A stretch of DNA of 63,450 nt, filler included, from Octopus bimaculoides (lineage: Eukaryota): NCBI RefSeq assembly GCF_001194135.2. It is 7 parts of 6 records of this genome, joined end to end, with 100 filler letters (N's around TTAATTAATTAA, not from the genome) between each part and the next. Parts side by side here need not be neighbours in the genome. Positions count along the whole stretch, not along the records: positions 60,857 to 63,450 come from NC_069008.1; 6 more parts are not named here. The stretch is one strand, 5' to 3'. Of the stretch, positions 62,143-63,450 are shown one piece after another. Numbering within the stretch: position 1 is the stretch's first letter; each line of letters begins with the position of its first letter. Both the position numbers and the translations under genes were made by a program. The notes under the pieces were generated by a model, which did not search any database, was not told the origin of the DNA, and saw only the letters and a program-made list of their open reading frames with translations.

Positions 62143-63450
62143 NNNNNNNNNNNNNNNNNNNNNNNNNNNNNNNNNNNNNNNNNNNNNNNNNNNNNNNNNN
62201 NNNNNNNNNNNNNNNNNNNNNNNNNNNNNNNNNNNNNNNNNNNNNNNNNNNNNNNNNNNNNNNNNNNNNNNNNNNNNNNNNNNNNNNNNNNNNNNNNNNN
62301 NNNNNNNNNNNNNNNNNNNNNNNNNNNNNNNNNNNNNNNNNNNNNNNNNNNNNNNNNNNNNNNNNNNNNNNNNNNNNNNNNNNNNNNNNNNNNNNNNNNN
62401 NNNNNNNNNNNNNNNNNNNNNNNNNNNNNNNNNNNNNNNNNNNNNNNNNNNNNNNNNNNNNNNNNNNNNNNNNNNNNNNNNNNNNNNNNNNNNNNNNNNN
62501 NNNNNNNNNNNNNNNNNNNNNNNNNNNNNNNNNNNNNNNNNNNNNNNNNNNNNNNNNNNNNNNNNNNNNNNNNNNNNNNNNNNNNNNNNNNNNNNNNNNN
62601 NNNNNNNNNNNNNNNNNNNNNNNNNNNNNNNNNNNNNNNNNNNNNNNNNNNNNNNNNNNNNNNNNNNNNNNNNNNNNNNNNNNNNNNNNTTTATTTTATT
62701 TTACTTTAAAGTATGGGAGACTTATATTTTCTTTAAACCTCCCCGTTCTTCTAAACACCTACTAAATATCTAACTCGCATTCTAATCATGAGTGCGCCTA
62801 ACCGCGCGTGTGTGCATGCTCACATTTTTGCCAATGCTTGTATGAGCGTGTGTACTCATGCCATGCAGCTTGACCGAGGGCGTTTATACATACATATCTG
62901 TTAACGGTTATTTTCAATACTTTTCTCGTTGGATTAAGTGTTCGTTTCTCTTTTTGTCTTCTGCAATTTTATTTTTGGATCTTCTATATATATGAAGAAT
63001 TTTCCTGCATCTGGCTGTTTTTTCTCTCCACAAAACGGAAAGTTGCATTATGGAACAGTCATTTTAACGAGATTATTTTTATTTTATTTATCACCCCACG
63101 AGATACGTCTGCACCACCGGATAATCCTGAACCAGCTTTGTGTGTCCCACAAGAAGAGTCGATGCTAGATATGTCGAAACAATTGTTGTGATTAATAATA
63201 TATTCTCGTATATTCTATCTGATGTCTTTCATTTGCTTGCCTTCGAAACGCGGAGTAGATGGAACAGGGACAACTGACGAAGGGGTATACTCTTTATGTT
63301 GCATGTCTCGTTTCTCTGTTTTCGTTTCTCATTGTGTTTAAAATTGATGTCCTGTACCCATATATGCATGTATGTATACATATAGATGTAGGTATGTACA
63401 TATATGTATGGATATATGCATATATTTATATATTCTATATATATATATAT

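Overview
Repeat-dominated eukaryotic genomic DNA with no prokaryotic features and no CRISPR array. It is most likely octopus/cephalopod; this is inferred from the very high microsatellite load and SINE/LINE families I recall from octopus, and was not checked by search. I found no complete host protein-coding gene. All recognisable coding sequence is decayed transposon: non-LTR elements (two RTE families, several R4/Dong-like, Tx1-like, HERO-like, Penelope-like GIY-YIG), a Gypsy integrase scrap, and Tc1, mariner and maT DNA transposons. About 30 SINE copies from several families are also present. The window is a patchwork of seven pieces joined by six artificial 100-bp linkers (44N-TTAATTAATTAA-44N), with many other N gaps. 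The best leads are: (1) a type I hammerhead ribozyme motif with an intact core at 41239-41321 (-); (2) a 5S rRNA-derived head joined to the local SINE 3' tail, a candidate SINE3, at 20600-20775; (3) an RTE LINE ending in three C2H2-type zinc fingers; (4) a CpG-depleted block at 39.2-55.5 kb, visible by comparing copies of the same repeat family; (5) a cluster of R4/Dong elements on (AAT)n tracts that includes an internally deleted derivative; (6) a possible spliced pair of host exons at 13524-13633 and 15461-15548. All alignments and identities were judged by eye, and most boundaries are approximate.
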